Source: an uncultured Methylomirabilota bacterium
GTDB lineage: Bacteria > Methylomirabilota > Methylomirabilia > Methylomirabilales > 2-02-FULL-66-22
Direction: 5' to 3'
Length of the DNA: 64,000 nucleotides
Assembly: GCA_963705305.1 (NCBI GenBank)
Contig: OY970067.1
Location: forward strand, 2,048,001-2,112,000
The position numbers were made by a program, and so were the translations under genes. Below, piece by piece: positions 9,445 to 18,364 of this stretch. The notes under the pieces are model-generated. The model was not told where the DNA came from. It saw only the letters and a program-made list of their open reading frames with translations, and searched no databases. The first letter of the stretch is position 1; each line of letters begins with the position of its first letter.

Positions 9445-10188
9445 ATGCGCACCTACACCACCGTGATCGTTGACATGTTTGATACGCTGGTCAATTTTGA
9501 GAATCGCCACCTGCCGCAAATCCAAATCGACGGCTCCGAGATTCGGTCCACCAGCCGGTACGTGTACGAGGTGTTGAGACCGCTGTGCGGCCATGTGGAG
9601 TTCCCCGAGTTCGCCCGGGCCTTCGTGGGGAGCTATCAGGATGCGGAGGCGATCCGCTGCCGCGAGCAGCGGGAGGTCACGGCAGTGGAACGGTTCCGCA
9701 TCCTCCTGACGCGTCTCCACATTCCGTGGCGGGATTGCGACGCGCCGCTGATCCGGGCCGGGATCGAAGAGCACATCCGCCTGGTCGGCCGGGCGATCGA
9801 GTTCCCCGAGTCTCACCGCACGACCCTGGAGGCCCTCCATGTCCGATACCGCCTGGGCCTCCTCTCCAACTGCGATCACACCCCCCTCGTGGAGACGGCG
9901 CTGGCCGCTCACGGCATCCGCGGCCGTTTCGACGCCGTGGTGGTCTCCGCGGACGTGGGGTGGGTGAAGCCGCGGCCGGAGATCTTCGCGGAGATCTTTC
10001 GCCGGATGGACATCGGGCCGGCTGAGGCGATCTTCATCGGGGACACGCCGGAGCTGGACATCCTGGGGGCGCACCGGGCCGGGATGGATGTCATCTGGAT
10101 CGATCACGGGACGAAGCCGCTGCCACCGGATGTGCCACCACCGACGCACCGGGTATCCAGCTTTCCGGAAATAGCCCGCCTGCTGTAA
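9445..10188 (+). CDS. HAD-superfamily hydrolase
   Basis: DMFDTL motif I, LSN motif II, KP motif III, GD...D motif IV. Confidence 0.9.
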   Translation: MRTYTTVIVDMFDTLVNFENRHLPQIQIDGSEIRSTSRYVYEVLRPLCGHVEFPEFARAFVGSYQDAEAIRCREQREVTAVERFRILLTRLHIPWRDCDAPLIRAGIEEHIRLVGRAIEFPESHRTTLEALHVRYRLGLLSNCDHTPLVETALAAHGIRGRFDAVVVSADVGWVKPRPEIFAEIFRRMDIGPAEAIFIGDTPELDILGAHRAGMDVIWIDHGTKPLPPDVPPPTHRVSSFPEIARLL

Positions 10189-10272
10189 GAAGGCTATGCG
10201 TAGATGGTCTGCCCACGGGCGGCAGGCCCTCATCCATGACCAGGCTCGGCGTCAATCGAAAGGTATAGCAGC

Positions 10273-10902
10273 GTGAGTCATCGCAGCGGCTCTGACATTC
10301 GTCTGATCATCTGTGACTTCGGGGGGGTTATTTGCAGCTTCGATTACGACCTCTTCTGTGCGCGAATGGCGCAGCGGACTGGGCGGACGCTGCCCGAGAT
10401 CCGCGATGCGGCTTTCGCCGTCGGCTTGCAGCGGGAATTCGAATCCGGCATGCTTTCCGGGCGCGAGTACCATCGCGCGGTGATGGCCGGTCTGGGCCAG
10501 GATATTCCGTACGAAGAGTTCTGCCGGATGTACGGCGACATCTTCACTCCGATCCCTGGGACCGGCGAGTTGCTTCGGAGGCTTCGCGAACGCTACACGC
10601 TGTACCTTCTCTCGGACACGAACGAAATCCACTTCGACTACGTCTGGAAAACCCAGCCGGCTCTCCAGCTCTTTGCAGAGTTCATCCTCTCGTATCGGAT
10701 AGGAGCGATGAAGCCAGATCCGGCCATCTATCGCGAGGCGCTGCGGCGCTCCGGCTTACCCGCCGAGGCCTGCGTGTTCGTGGATGACCGTCCGGCCAAT
10801 GTGGAAGGGGCGGAACGGGCCGGGATCCGCGCTGTGGTGTTCGAGTCGGCCCAGCAGATGGCGAGGAAGCTGTGCCGCGCGGGAGTGGAGCTTCCCGCAT
10901 GA
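10273..10902 (+). CDS. HAD-superfamily phosphatase (YihX-like)
   Basis: DFGGV, LLSDTN, MKPDP, FVDD motifs. Confidence 0.9.
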   Translation: MSHRSGSDIRLIICDFGGVICSFDYDLFCARMAQRTGRTLPEIRDAAFAVGLQREFESGMLSGREYHRAVMAGLGQDIPYEEFCRMYGDIFTPIPGTGELLRRLRERYTLYLLSDTNEIHFDYVWKTQPALQLFAEFILSYRIGAMKPDPAIYREALRRSGLPAEACVFVDDRPANVEGAERAGIRAVVFESAQQMARKLCRAGVELPA

Positions 10903-11093
10903 CACAGATTGCGCCGGCGAATACGGCCTGCGCATGAAGCCCCCGAAAGACAAGGCGGCTCGCACCAAAACTCACAAGAGCAGGGGCGCCACCGGGCGCG
11001 CCCGCGGGCAGTCGCATCGGGGGCAAACAAAGGGCACGGCCCGCATCCGGTGATGCGGGCCGTGCGGTGATGGGTCTTGCGAGCCCGGGACGG

Positions 11094-11300
11094 CTATGGC
11101 CGGTAGTAAGAGCCCAGGCACAGGGCCACGAATCCAACGAGCCCCACGCACACCTTGCCGAAGTAGAGTGAGGTTCCCGGCTCGACCTTGATCATCCACG
11201 GAATGAGGATCATGGCCGCGCCCAGCACCATTACCACAATGGACTGCATGCGGGTGAGGTGCTTCTTCGGACCAACCCGATTAGTCATCTGCTCAGCCAT
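11094..11300 (-). CDS. Small two-TM membrane protein, hypothetical
   Basis: GGAG RBS; two hydrophobic helices. Confidence 0.6.
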   Translation of the reverse strand: MAEQMTNRVGPKKHLTRMQSIVVMVLGAAMILIPWMIKVEPGTSLYFGKVCVGLVGFVALCLGSYYRP

Positions 11301-12087
11301 TGCGTTTCTCCCGCGGGAGGGCGTCCGCACCCACGCAGACGCCGCCACGCAGCTAAACGTTTCCTGCGGATCGGTTCTGGTGATCAGGAAATCAACAGCG
11401 GACTGGGCTCGTCAGAGGATCGCGAGGTGGTCTGGCGAAGTGAGAGCAGTCGGCGCGGCAGGTTGCGGGAGAGCTGCCGCGCGAGCGGCCGGGATTGGGA
11501 AGTTCTGGCCGGCCGGAGCTGGACCAACCGAGTGATCCGATCGCGCTTTTGCAGAGCGAGGCGGCTCGAAGGCGGCCGCTTCTCGGTGCGGACAGTTGGC
11601 GTGATGGCGAGAACAGCCAGAGGGGCATCCGGGGCTCGCAAGATCACGGACGCACTTGCCTCGTCTGACCAGTCGGGAGAGGTGGCGAGCAAGGGGGCGA
11701 CCAGCGCCAGGCAGAGCACCAGCGTGAGACTGAGATGCAGCGAAAAGGCCTTGCGAAACGTCTGGCACACCACAGCGGTCTTCCTACCAAAGATGGAATC
11801 CCTTATACGCCCCCATCGAGTGGAAGTCAACAGTATCGTCTGATGAACCCAAAGGTTTCGCGAATGGGAGGAAGCTGCCTATGGCGCCAACCAGAAGCCA
11901 ATTGTGGACGAGAAGAATCTTGCTGAGGCACTGGCAGCGGATTGTTCGATACTGTACAAGCACAGTCCGAGATGTCCGATCTCTGCCATTTACGACATCA
12001 CCGCGGACGCCTTGGCAAATCACGTTCCCGCCGCCTAGCACGCCTTGCACCCCTCCGGCTGTTAGCGCCCGGCGCGGGCGGGACCTC

Positions 12088-12116
12088 TTGACAGGTGGGG
12101 GAGTCGGGCATAGCTT
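12088..12116 (+). promoter_or_regulatory. Sigma70-type promoter upstream of usp
   Basis: TTGACA-17 bp-TAGCTT. Confidence 0.55.
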
Positions 12117-12215
12117 TCCGGGTGAACCCTCCAGTAACATCCGATGCGATGCCATCCGACACGATGAGGGTGTCGAGAGAGCGAGACACAACGGGGGCGA
12201 TAGGAGGGATGGGCC

Positions 12216-12734
12216 ATGCACGCTGCAGCAGAAGCGACCGGAAGCCGGATGTGCTGCCGACGGATTCTCTGGCCGACGGACTTTTCCGAATGCGCCGAAA
12301 AGGCCCTCCCGCATGCCCTCGGGCTGGCGGAGCGCTCTGGTGCGGAACTGCTGATTCTGCACGTCCTGACCCCGGAAGAGTCGGACGTGCATCATGGCAT
12401 CACCGGACGAATCTGGGACCGCCTCGAGCAAGAGAGCCGCGTGCGGGTCGGGGCCGAGCTTAACCGGCTGGCGGAAACAGTGCGGGGCCGCGGGCTGCGA
12501 ATCCGGGAGGTGCTGGCCCAGGGCACCGCCTATCGGGAAATCCTGCGCGCCGCCGGAGACCTGGAATGTGACCTGATTGTCATCGCCACGCACGGTCGTG
12601 CGGGCTTGGCCCGTACGTTCATGGGCAGCGTGACGGAAAAGGTTCTGCGCCTGGCCCCCTGCCCCGTCTTCGTCGTGCGCCCGGAAGGCATGGCGCAAGC
12701 CGCCGAGAACGAGCCGGTGGTGACGACGGGATAA
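12216..12734 (+). CDS. Universal stress protein (UspA family)
   Basis: ILWPTDFS, DLIVIATHGR, MGSVTEKVLRLAPCPV. Confidence 0.93.
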   Translation: MHAAAEATGSRMCCRRILWPTDFSECAEKALPHALGLAERSGAELLILHVLTPEESDVHHGITGRIWDRLEQESRVRVGAELNRLAETVRGRGLRIREVLAQGTAYREILRAAGDLECDLIVIATHGRAGLARTFMGSVTEKVLRLAPCPVFVVRPEGMAQAAENEPVVTTG

Positions 12735-12936
12735 GCGGGCCTCCTGCTCTCTTGCCGCGGACCGGAGGGCAGGCCCGCCCTGCCGTCCGGGAACGTCTCC
12801 CGCTTCCTCCTTGACATCCGCCCTGCCGGAGCTTAGCGTTTCTTTCCGGCACATCCAATCACGTTTTTCTGCTTGGGATGGTGCGTCTACCCGGCGCCCG
12901 TCTTGGGGTGGCCGGTCAAAAAAGGAGAGCGCGCAG

Positions 12937-13449
12937 ATGACCGCAGAGGCACCGGACATTCAGGCGATGGCGCAGCGGCTGACTCGCGTGGAGCGGCAGA
13001 ATCGCCGCCTGAAGCGGGCGGGGGCGGTGGTCCTGGCAGGCATTGCCGCCGTGGTGTTGATGGGGCAGGGCAAGGTTGTCAAGATGCCCCAGTGGGTGGA
13101 GGGAGAGCGGTTCGTTCTTCGAGACAGCAATGGGGTCGCTCGGGCCGTCCTCGGATTCGATATCGCCGACACGGTGGCATTGGCGCTTTTGGACAAGAAG
13201 GCGGTGGCCCGAGCGGAGCTGATGGTCCGCGGGGACGGCACCCCGGCGCTTCATCTGCGGGACGAGGAAGGCAAGATCGTGGTTGACGTCAGTGTGGCGG
13301 CTGACGGCGCCCCCCATCTCGCGATGTACGGACCCCGGACCGGGATCGCCGTTCCCGCCGGCCGTGCCGAGCTGGTCATCGAAAAGGACCAGCCGCCGGC
13401 CATCAAGTTCATCAACAAAGACGAGAAGGTCGTCTGGAAGGCGCCGTAG
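12937..13449 (+). CDS. Hypothetical membrane-anchored beta-strand-repeat protein
   Basis: AGGAG RBS; coiled segment RLTRVERQNRRLK, a TM helix, then repeated LxLxD beta units. Confidence 0.65.
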   Translation: MTAEAPDIQAMAQRLTRVERQNRRLKRAGAVVLAGIAAVVLMGQGKVVKMPQWVEGERFVLRDSNGVARAVLGFDIADTVALALLDKKAVARAELMVRGDGTPALHLRDEEGKIVVDVSVAADGAPHLAMYGPRTGIAVPAGRAELVIEKDQPPAIKFINKDEKVVWKAP

Positions 13450-13576
13450 GAGGCACGTGCCGCTGACTCTCGGGCCGCCCAAGGCGCCCTCGACGATCGC
13501 CTGGGGATAGCAGACCTCCAGCCGGTCCGGCGCCACCCGCCTGACGACACCCTGTGCGCCATGCAGAAGAGTTCGC

Positions 13577-13819
13577 TCACCCGGCGATCAGCAGGGCAAG
13601 AAAGGGAACAAGGTTGAAGATCAGGATGGCCAGCTTGAACAATCCCATGCCCGAGTAGTGGACCACAGTGAACGCCTCCCTGGGCATGGGGAACCACCGG
13701 CCGTGAAGCCGATAGATCCAGTCGCCGGCCTGCACGAACATCGCGAACCAGAGCAACAGGACACCGAAGTTGATGATCGTGCACCACATCAGGACGTCAC
13801 GCACTTCCCGCACGCTCAT
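13577..13819 (-). CDS. Small membrane protein (DUF6868-like)
   Basis: WCTIINFGVLLLWF...HGRWF...FKLAILIFNLVP pattern; GGAGG RBS. Confidence 0.7.
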   Translation of the reverse strand: MSVREVRDVLMWCTIINFGVLLLWFAMFVQAGDWIYRLHGRWFPMPREAFTVVHYSGMGLFKLAILIFNLVPFLALLIAG

Positions 13820-14030
13820 GACGGGCCTCCCGGCTGGCCGTGCCGTCTGGGACCGGGTGGATCCGACCGCAGCGCCACGCCACGCCGGTCATTCTATGCG
13901 GTCCCGGTTCGCGGGGGAAGGGCTTTATGGCAGGGCGGGGGAATGCCCTGGCTGGAATGGGCAAGATGTCAAAGGATCGGAACCGCGTCAGGCCCCTTGG
14001 GGGGTCCAGTGCCTTGAAGCACAGAAGACA

Positions 14031-15090
14031 GGACGTTGCATCCTGTGACTCCTTGTGATACGCTCCCCATACCATGCCCCGCCAAGCGCGCCTCGACGCC
14101 CCCGGGACCCTCCACCACGTAATGGTGCGGGGGATCGAGCGAACGACCCTCTTCCGCGACGACCGGGACCGCGCGGACTTCGTGGGCCGCCTCGCCGCGC
14201 TCGTGGGGGCGACGGGGCTCGCCGTCTACGCCTGGGCGCTCCTCCCCAATCACGCCCACCTGCTTGTCCGGACGGGGGGTCGGCCGCTCCCCCGGGTCAT
14301 GCGCGCGCTCCTCACGGGCTACGCAGGGGCGTTTAACCGCCGCCACCACCGGGTGGGCCACCTGTTCCAGAACCGGTACAAGTCGATTGTGGTGGAAGCG
14401 GAGCCCTACCTGCTGGAGCTCGTCCGCTACCTCCACCTCAACCCCCTCCGGGCGACCGGGGTGCAGACCCTCGCCGCGCTGGATCGCTACCCCTGGACCG
14501 GGCACAGCGCCCTCCTCGGGACCGTGCCGCGCTCCTGGCAGGACACGCGGACGATCCTGGCTCAGTTCGGCCCCACCCCACTCCGCGCGCGCCGGGCCTA
14601 TCGGGCCTTCGTGGCGGCCGGCATCCCCCAGGGGCGGCGGCCCGAGTTCCAGGGGGGCGGCCTCGTGCGCAGCCTGGGGGGCTGGGAGGCGGTCCAGGCA
14701 CTCCGACGGGGCCGCGAGGCCTACGCGGCCGATGAGCGCGTGTTGGGATCGAGCACCTTCGTCGAGACCCTCCGGTGCCAGGCGGCGGCCCCCGCGGGGC
14801 CGGCCTCGCGGGGGCCGATCCTCGGGGCCCTGCTCGCGCACGTTTGTGCGGTGCTCGAGCTCACCCCGGTCCAGCTCGCCGGTGGAGGGCGCGGCCCCAC
14901 CGCCGTCGCGGCGCGGGCAGGCGTCGCCTACCTCTGGGTGGAGGTCCTCGGCCGGCCGGGCCGCCCGCTGGCGCCCTATCTTGGCGTGCAGCCGGCGGCG
15001 ATCCCGAAAGCGGCCCGGCGCGGCGCAGCCACGGCGGGCCGGTGGCGCCGGCTCCTTGATGAGATCCAGGAGTCATAGGATGCAACGTCC
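14031..15090 (+). mobile_element. Y1/RAYT-like element bounded by 23-bp inverted repeats
   Basis: GGACGTTGCATCCTGTGACTCCT (14031-14053) versus AGGAGTCATAGGATGCAACGTCC (15068-15090), one mismatch. Confidence 0.75.
14074..15078 (+). CDS. REP-associated/Y1 HUH tyrosine transposase with C-terminal HTH
   Basis: HHVMVRG, NHAHLL (HUH), GHLFQNRYKS, YLHLNP. Confidence 0.9.
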   Translation: MPRQARLDAPGTLHHVMVRGIERTTLFRDDRDRADFVGRLAALVGATGLAVYAWALLPNHAHLLVRTGGRPLPRVMRALLTGYAGAFNRRHHRVGHLFQNRYKSIVVEAEPYLLELVRYLHLNPLRATGVQTLAALDRYPWTGHSALLGTVPRSWQDTRTILAQFGPTPLRARRAYRAFVAAGIPQGRRPEFQGGGLVRSLGGWEAVQALRRGREAYAADERVLGSSTFVETLRCQAAAPAGPASRGPILGALLAHVCAVLELTPVQLAGGGRGPTAVAARAGVAYLWVEVLGRPGRPLAPYLGVQPAAIPKAARRGAATAGRWRRLLDEIQES

Positions 15091-15137
15091 CCAATCGCGA
15101 ATCCATCCAATTACCCTTGCGAATTACAGTGCCTCGC

Positions 15138-16460
15138 TCATCCGCGGCCTGTATGGGAAAAGCGGGCGCGGCTCCGCGCCCACTCCAGGTCCGGCAGCCA
15201 GCCAGCCAAGAGCCCGATCGCAGGGAGAAACGCGCAGACGTGATACACGAACCTGATGCTCGTCGCGTCGGCCAGGTTGCCCAGGACGGCGGCAGCGAGG
15301 CCGCCGACGCCGAAAGCGAACCCAAAGAAGAGGCCGGCCATAAGGCCCACTTTGCTCGGGATCAGTTCCTGTGCATACACCAGAATCGCCGGGAAGGCGG
15401 ACGCCAAGATGAGGCCAATCAGGACCGTGAGCGGCCCCGTCCAAACCAGCGAGGCGTGGGGCAAGAGGAGCGTGAAGGGGAGCACGCCCAGGATCGAACC
15501 CCAGATCACATATTTGCGCCCGATGCGGTCCCCGAGCGGACCGCCGATGAGCGTGCCGACCGCCACGGCGCTCAGGAAGACGAATAAATGCAGTTGCGCG
15601 TTGCGCACCGACACGTGGAACGTGCTGATCAGGTAAAAGATGTAATAACTGGTCAAGCTGGCCAGATAGACGTATTTCGAGAAGATGAGCGCCAGCAACA
15701 CCGCGATGGTGCGGGCGACTCTCGGGGGCGAGATCATCGGGTGTTCCGGATCCTGGGGCAAGCGCCTAGAGGCCGGCCGAGCGGCATTCCGTTTGGACCA
15801 CGCCCCGATTTTCGCCAGCACAAGTATTGCGAGGAGGGCAGCCAGAGAAAACCAGGCCAGGCTGGCCTGCCCTCGTGGGAGGACGATGAAAGCAGCCAGT
15901 ACCGGCCCCAGGGCCTGCCCCACGTTCCCGCCGACCTGAAACAACGATTGCGCGAGGCCGAGCTGGCCCCCCGAAGCCTGCCGCGCCACCCGCGACGATT
16001 CCGGATGGAACACGGAGGAACCCATGCCGACCAAGGCGACAGCCAGGAGCAGCGCCCCATACGTGGGGGCCCGGGCAAGCAGGAGAAGGCCCGCCAGCGT
16101 ACACCCCATGCCGCAGGTCAGTGAAAACGGCATGGGCCGGCGGTCGGCCGCAAGCCCGACCAGGGGCTGCAGCAGGGAGGCGGTCAATTGCACCGTGAGC
16201 GTGATCAAGCCCACCTGCCCAAAGGTGAGGTGAAACGTACCCTTCAGGATCGGGTAGATGGCCGGGATCAGAGACTGGACAAGATCGTTCAGAAAATGGC
16301 ACACGCTGACGGCTGCCAGCACCGGAAGCACGGGAGCACGTAGAGCGATGGCCTTCGCGAACAGGGGGGGGCTTGCGGTAGCGCTTGGCGGCGGGGCGCC
16401 CTTTCGTCGGCTGCTGCCCGTGCCGGCATCGAATCCAAGCTCCAGATCGTCTCCGCTCAT
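15138..16460 (-). CDS. MFS transporter, Fsr (fosmidomycin resistance) family; start uncertain
   Basis: HFLNDLVQS, SSVFHPESSR, AQSLFQVGGN, GGPLGDRIGRK. Confidence 0.88.
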   Translation of the reverse strand: MSGDDLELGFDAGTGSSRRKGAPPPSATASPPLFAKAIALRAPVLPVLAAVSVCHFLNDLVQSLIPAIYPILKGTFHLTFGQVGLITLTVQLTASLLQPLVGLAADRRPMPFSLTCGMGCTLAGLLLLARAPTYGALLLAVALVGMGSSVFHPESSRVARQASGGQLGLAQSLFQVGGNVGQALGPVLAAFIVLPRGQASLAWFSLAALLAILVLAKIGAWSKRNAARPASRRLPQDPEHPMISPPRVARTIAVLLALIFSKYVYLASLTSYYIFYLISTFHVSVRNAQLHLFVFLSAVAVGTLIGGPLGDRIGRKYVIWGSILGVLPFTLLLPHASLVWTGPLTVLIGLILASAFPAILVYAQELIPSKVGLMAGLFFGFAFGVGGLAAAVLGNLADATSIRFVYHVCAFLPAIGLLAGWLPDLEWARSRARFSHTGRG

Positions 16461-16692
16461 CGGACCTTCCTTTAACGGAAGCCCTCACTGTCCCCTGCAG
16501 GGAACCTGTCAAAAATCCGGGGGTGGGTGCCGGTGAGGGGAACTCGTCATAAATTGGAGGGGGGTGTATGGGCTATCACTTCTAACCCAGCTCGATTGCG
16601 AAGGGGGAAAGAGAGAATGGAAAAACACGCACCCCATGAAGAATGACAGGTTGGGATTTTCTAGGGGCATGGCGAGGCATCGGCCGGGCTTC

Positions 16693-17217
16693 CTATTGCA
16701 TGGGATTCTGTTCGAGGTAGGCGTTGATGAACTCGTCCACGTAGGTGTCCACCTGCCCTTGCAGGATGCCCAATCTGTCGCTAGCAGCCACCGCGATGCT
16801 GTGCATTCTCCATGTGGTTGCAGCAGGATGAACAATCTTGGGGTCGCGAAAGAGAGTAACGGGCTGGTTGAATTCAACGGTGATAGCAGCAACGTAAAAG
16901 CCCGCGTCGGTCTTGAGAGCGTGCACATTGACGTACAGGAACGAGGAAGGAGGAACAAGAGGAACGACCGTGATCCCCGCCTGTCGGAGGCGCGATTCTA
17001 CATCTTTCTGGAGTTGGTCTGTCGTGAGTCCATCCTTTTCGGCGTCTGGGTCCATGCGCTCGACCACCACAGTCACAGCCTTGAGTCCCTTGAGGCTGGC
17101 GCGGCTTATGGGGCTATCATCTGCTGCCAACGCCGGGATACTGAGGAGCAGAAGGGCCGTTCCGAGGACAACAGAGCCGCGCAGGACGAAGGCAGTTCTC
17201 CGCATGGCACCTTTCAT
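16693..17217 (-). CDS. Hypothetical exported protein
   Basis: Signal peptide ending ALA-AD; alpha/beta body ending FINAYLEQNP. Confidence 0.65.
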   Translation of the reverse strand: MKGAMRRTAFVLRGSVVLGTALLLLSIPALAADDSPISRASLKGLKAVTVVVERMDPDAEKDGLTTDQLQKDVESRLRQAGITVVPLVPPSSFLYVNVHALKTDAGFYVAAITVEFNQPVTLFRDPKIVHPAATTWRMHSIAVAASDRLGILQGQVDTYVDEFINAYLEQNPMQ

Positions 17218-17314
17218 TGGGAGAGCGGGGTTTGCGCAGGGAACCTATCACCCTCTCTTGAGCGCGTCAACAGAAGCGGCCTCGTTGTGGCCTCGTTGGC
17301 CTGAAGCTCTTGGC

Positions 17315-17396
17315 GGGAATCCCGGCGACGGCGTAAGTGCCGAAGAACACATGGTGACCCGGCCGGGAGTCGAACCCGGAACACCCGGCTTAAAAG
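17315..17396. repeat. att site: duplicated 3' part of tRNA-Lys plus 37 bp downstream
   Basis: 82-bp direct repeat of 31299-31380 with one mismatch; tRNA-derived part is 17352-17396. Confidence 0.93.
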
Positions 17397-17678
17397 TGCC
17401 ATCCGGGGGAGAATCGCCAGAGAGTGACCGCGCGTGATAATGTGCGATGGAGCAGGCAATGTCAAGAGGTTAGAGCGGGAGTGCAGGCGGATTGAGTTTG
17501 ACTGACAACGCTGGAGTCTGACGGAAAACCGGCACTGGAACCGGCACCCAGACCGGCACCAGATTTTCGGGTGAGAGAGGGACACAAGACCCTCTCGGGA
17601 ATGAGCAGAGAGATTCATTGCGTGTGGCTGGTGATTACAGTTGACCAATCGAGAATGAACGGGTAGCATTAGTTTCTA

Positions 17679-18020
17679 ATGGTTACGGACGATAGCAAGC
17701 GAGCATTCACGGCTCACGTCGGGCGGTGGCGGAATCGGGAGAAGCGCCCCGAGGACGTGCAGATTTTCTGGACTAAGACGGCCTTGGAACATCCAGACCT
17801 TTTCGGCCCGACCATGTTTGTCTGGGAAGGACCGGCGGCGGAGCGTGCGAAGCTCCATGACCTGCCCCACGCGATGCAGCAACGTGCGCAGGAGATCCTG
17901 GCTCGGGCAACCCGCAAGCTGTTCGCCTGGTTCAAGAGTCGAGAGGAGAAGTCCGAAGAGTCTTGCGCACAAACCCAGGAGCGGCCGGAAGACTCGATCG
18001 TTGAGTTGACAATCGAATAA
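17679..18020 (+). CDS. Hypothetical protein
   Basis: 113-aa ORF just inside the left att; no recognised motif. Confidence 0.4.
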   Translation: MVTDDSKRAFTAHVGRWRNREKRPEDVQIFWTKTALEHPDLFGPTMFVWEGPAAERAKLHDLPHAMQQRAQEILARATRKLFAWFKSREEKSEESCAQTQERPEDSIVELTIE

Positions 18021-18083
18021 CCCGAAAAGCACGCAAGCCTGAGCCTGCGTGAGGCCGTCACCCGGACGGCGGGTAGCAGTCGG

Positions 18084-18127
18084 GAGGCTACCGCGACCCT
18101 TACAGGTTGCGGTAGCCTCTTTTGTTT
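18084..18127 (+). terminator. Intrinsic terminator-like hairpin upstream of xis
   Basis: GAGGCTACCGCGACC-6 nt-GGTTGCGGTAGCCTC followed by TTTTGTTT. Confidence 0.65.
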
Positions 18128-18151
18128 GGCGCCCGCACCGGGAGGCAGCCA

Positions 18152-18364
18152 ATGTCTGAACCACTTCTCACTCCACTTGAAGCTGCTCAATTCCTCGGGC
18201 TGAAAGTCAGCACGATCAGAAAGTGGACGTTTGAGCGCAAGCTACCCTATATCAAGCTTGGCGCGCGCGCCGTGCGCTTCCGCAGGTGTGACCTCGAAAA
18301 GCTGGTCCGCCGAGGCGAACGCCCGGCCCTCCGGCCCGTCAGTGAGAGCGGGGCTGAGCGATGA
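18152..18364 (+). CDS. Excisionase-family HTH DNA-binding protein
   Basis: LLTPLEAAQFLGLKVSTIRKW...LPYIKLGARAVRFRRCDL; GGAGG RBS. Confidence 0.88.
   Translation: MSEPLLTPLEAAQFLGLKVSTIRKWTFERKLPYIKLGARAVRFRRCDLEKLVRRGERPALRPVSESGAER

Noticed and set aside
10934..11053. Short Lys/Arg-rich ORF MKPPKDK...
   Set aside because: No RBS, and too short to support without homologues.
11384..11830. 148-aa minus-strand ORF with a signal-like segment and Arg-rich tail
   Set aside because: No clear start or RBS and no motif; could be real but cannot be supported.
16500..16535. IS-end-like sequence CTGTCAAAAATCCGGGGGTGGG
   Set aside because: No partner end or transposase nearby.
17352..17396. Second tRNA gene
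   Set aside because: Only the 3' 45 nt are present; this is the att duplication.
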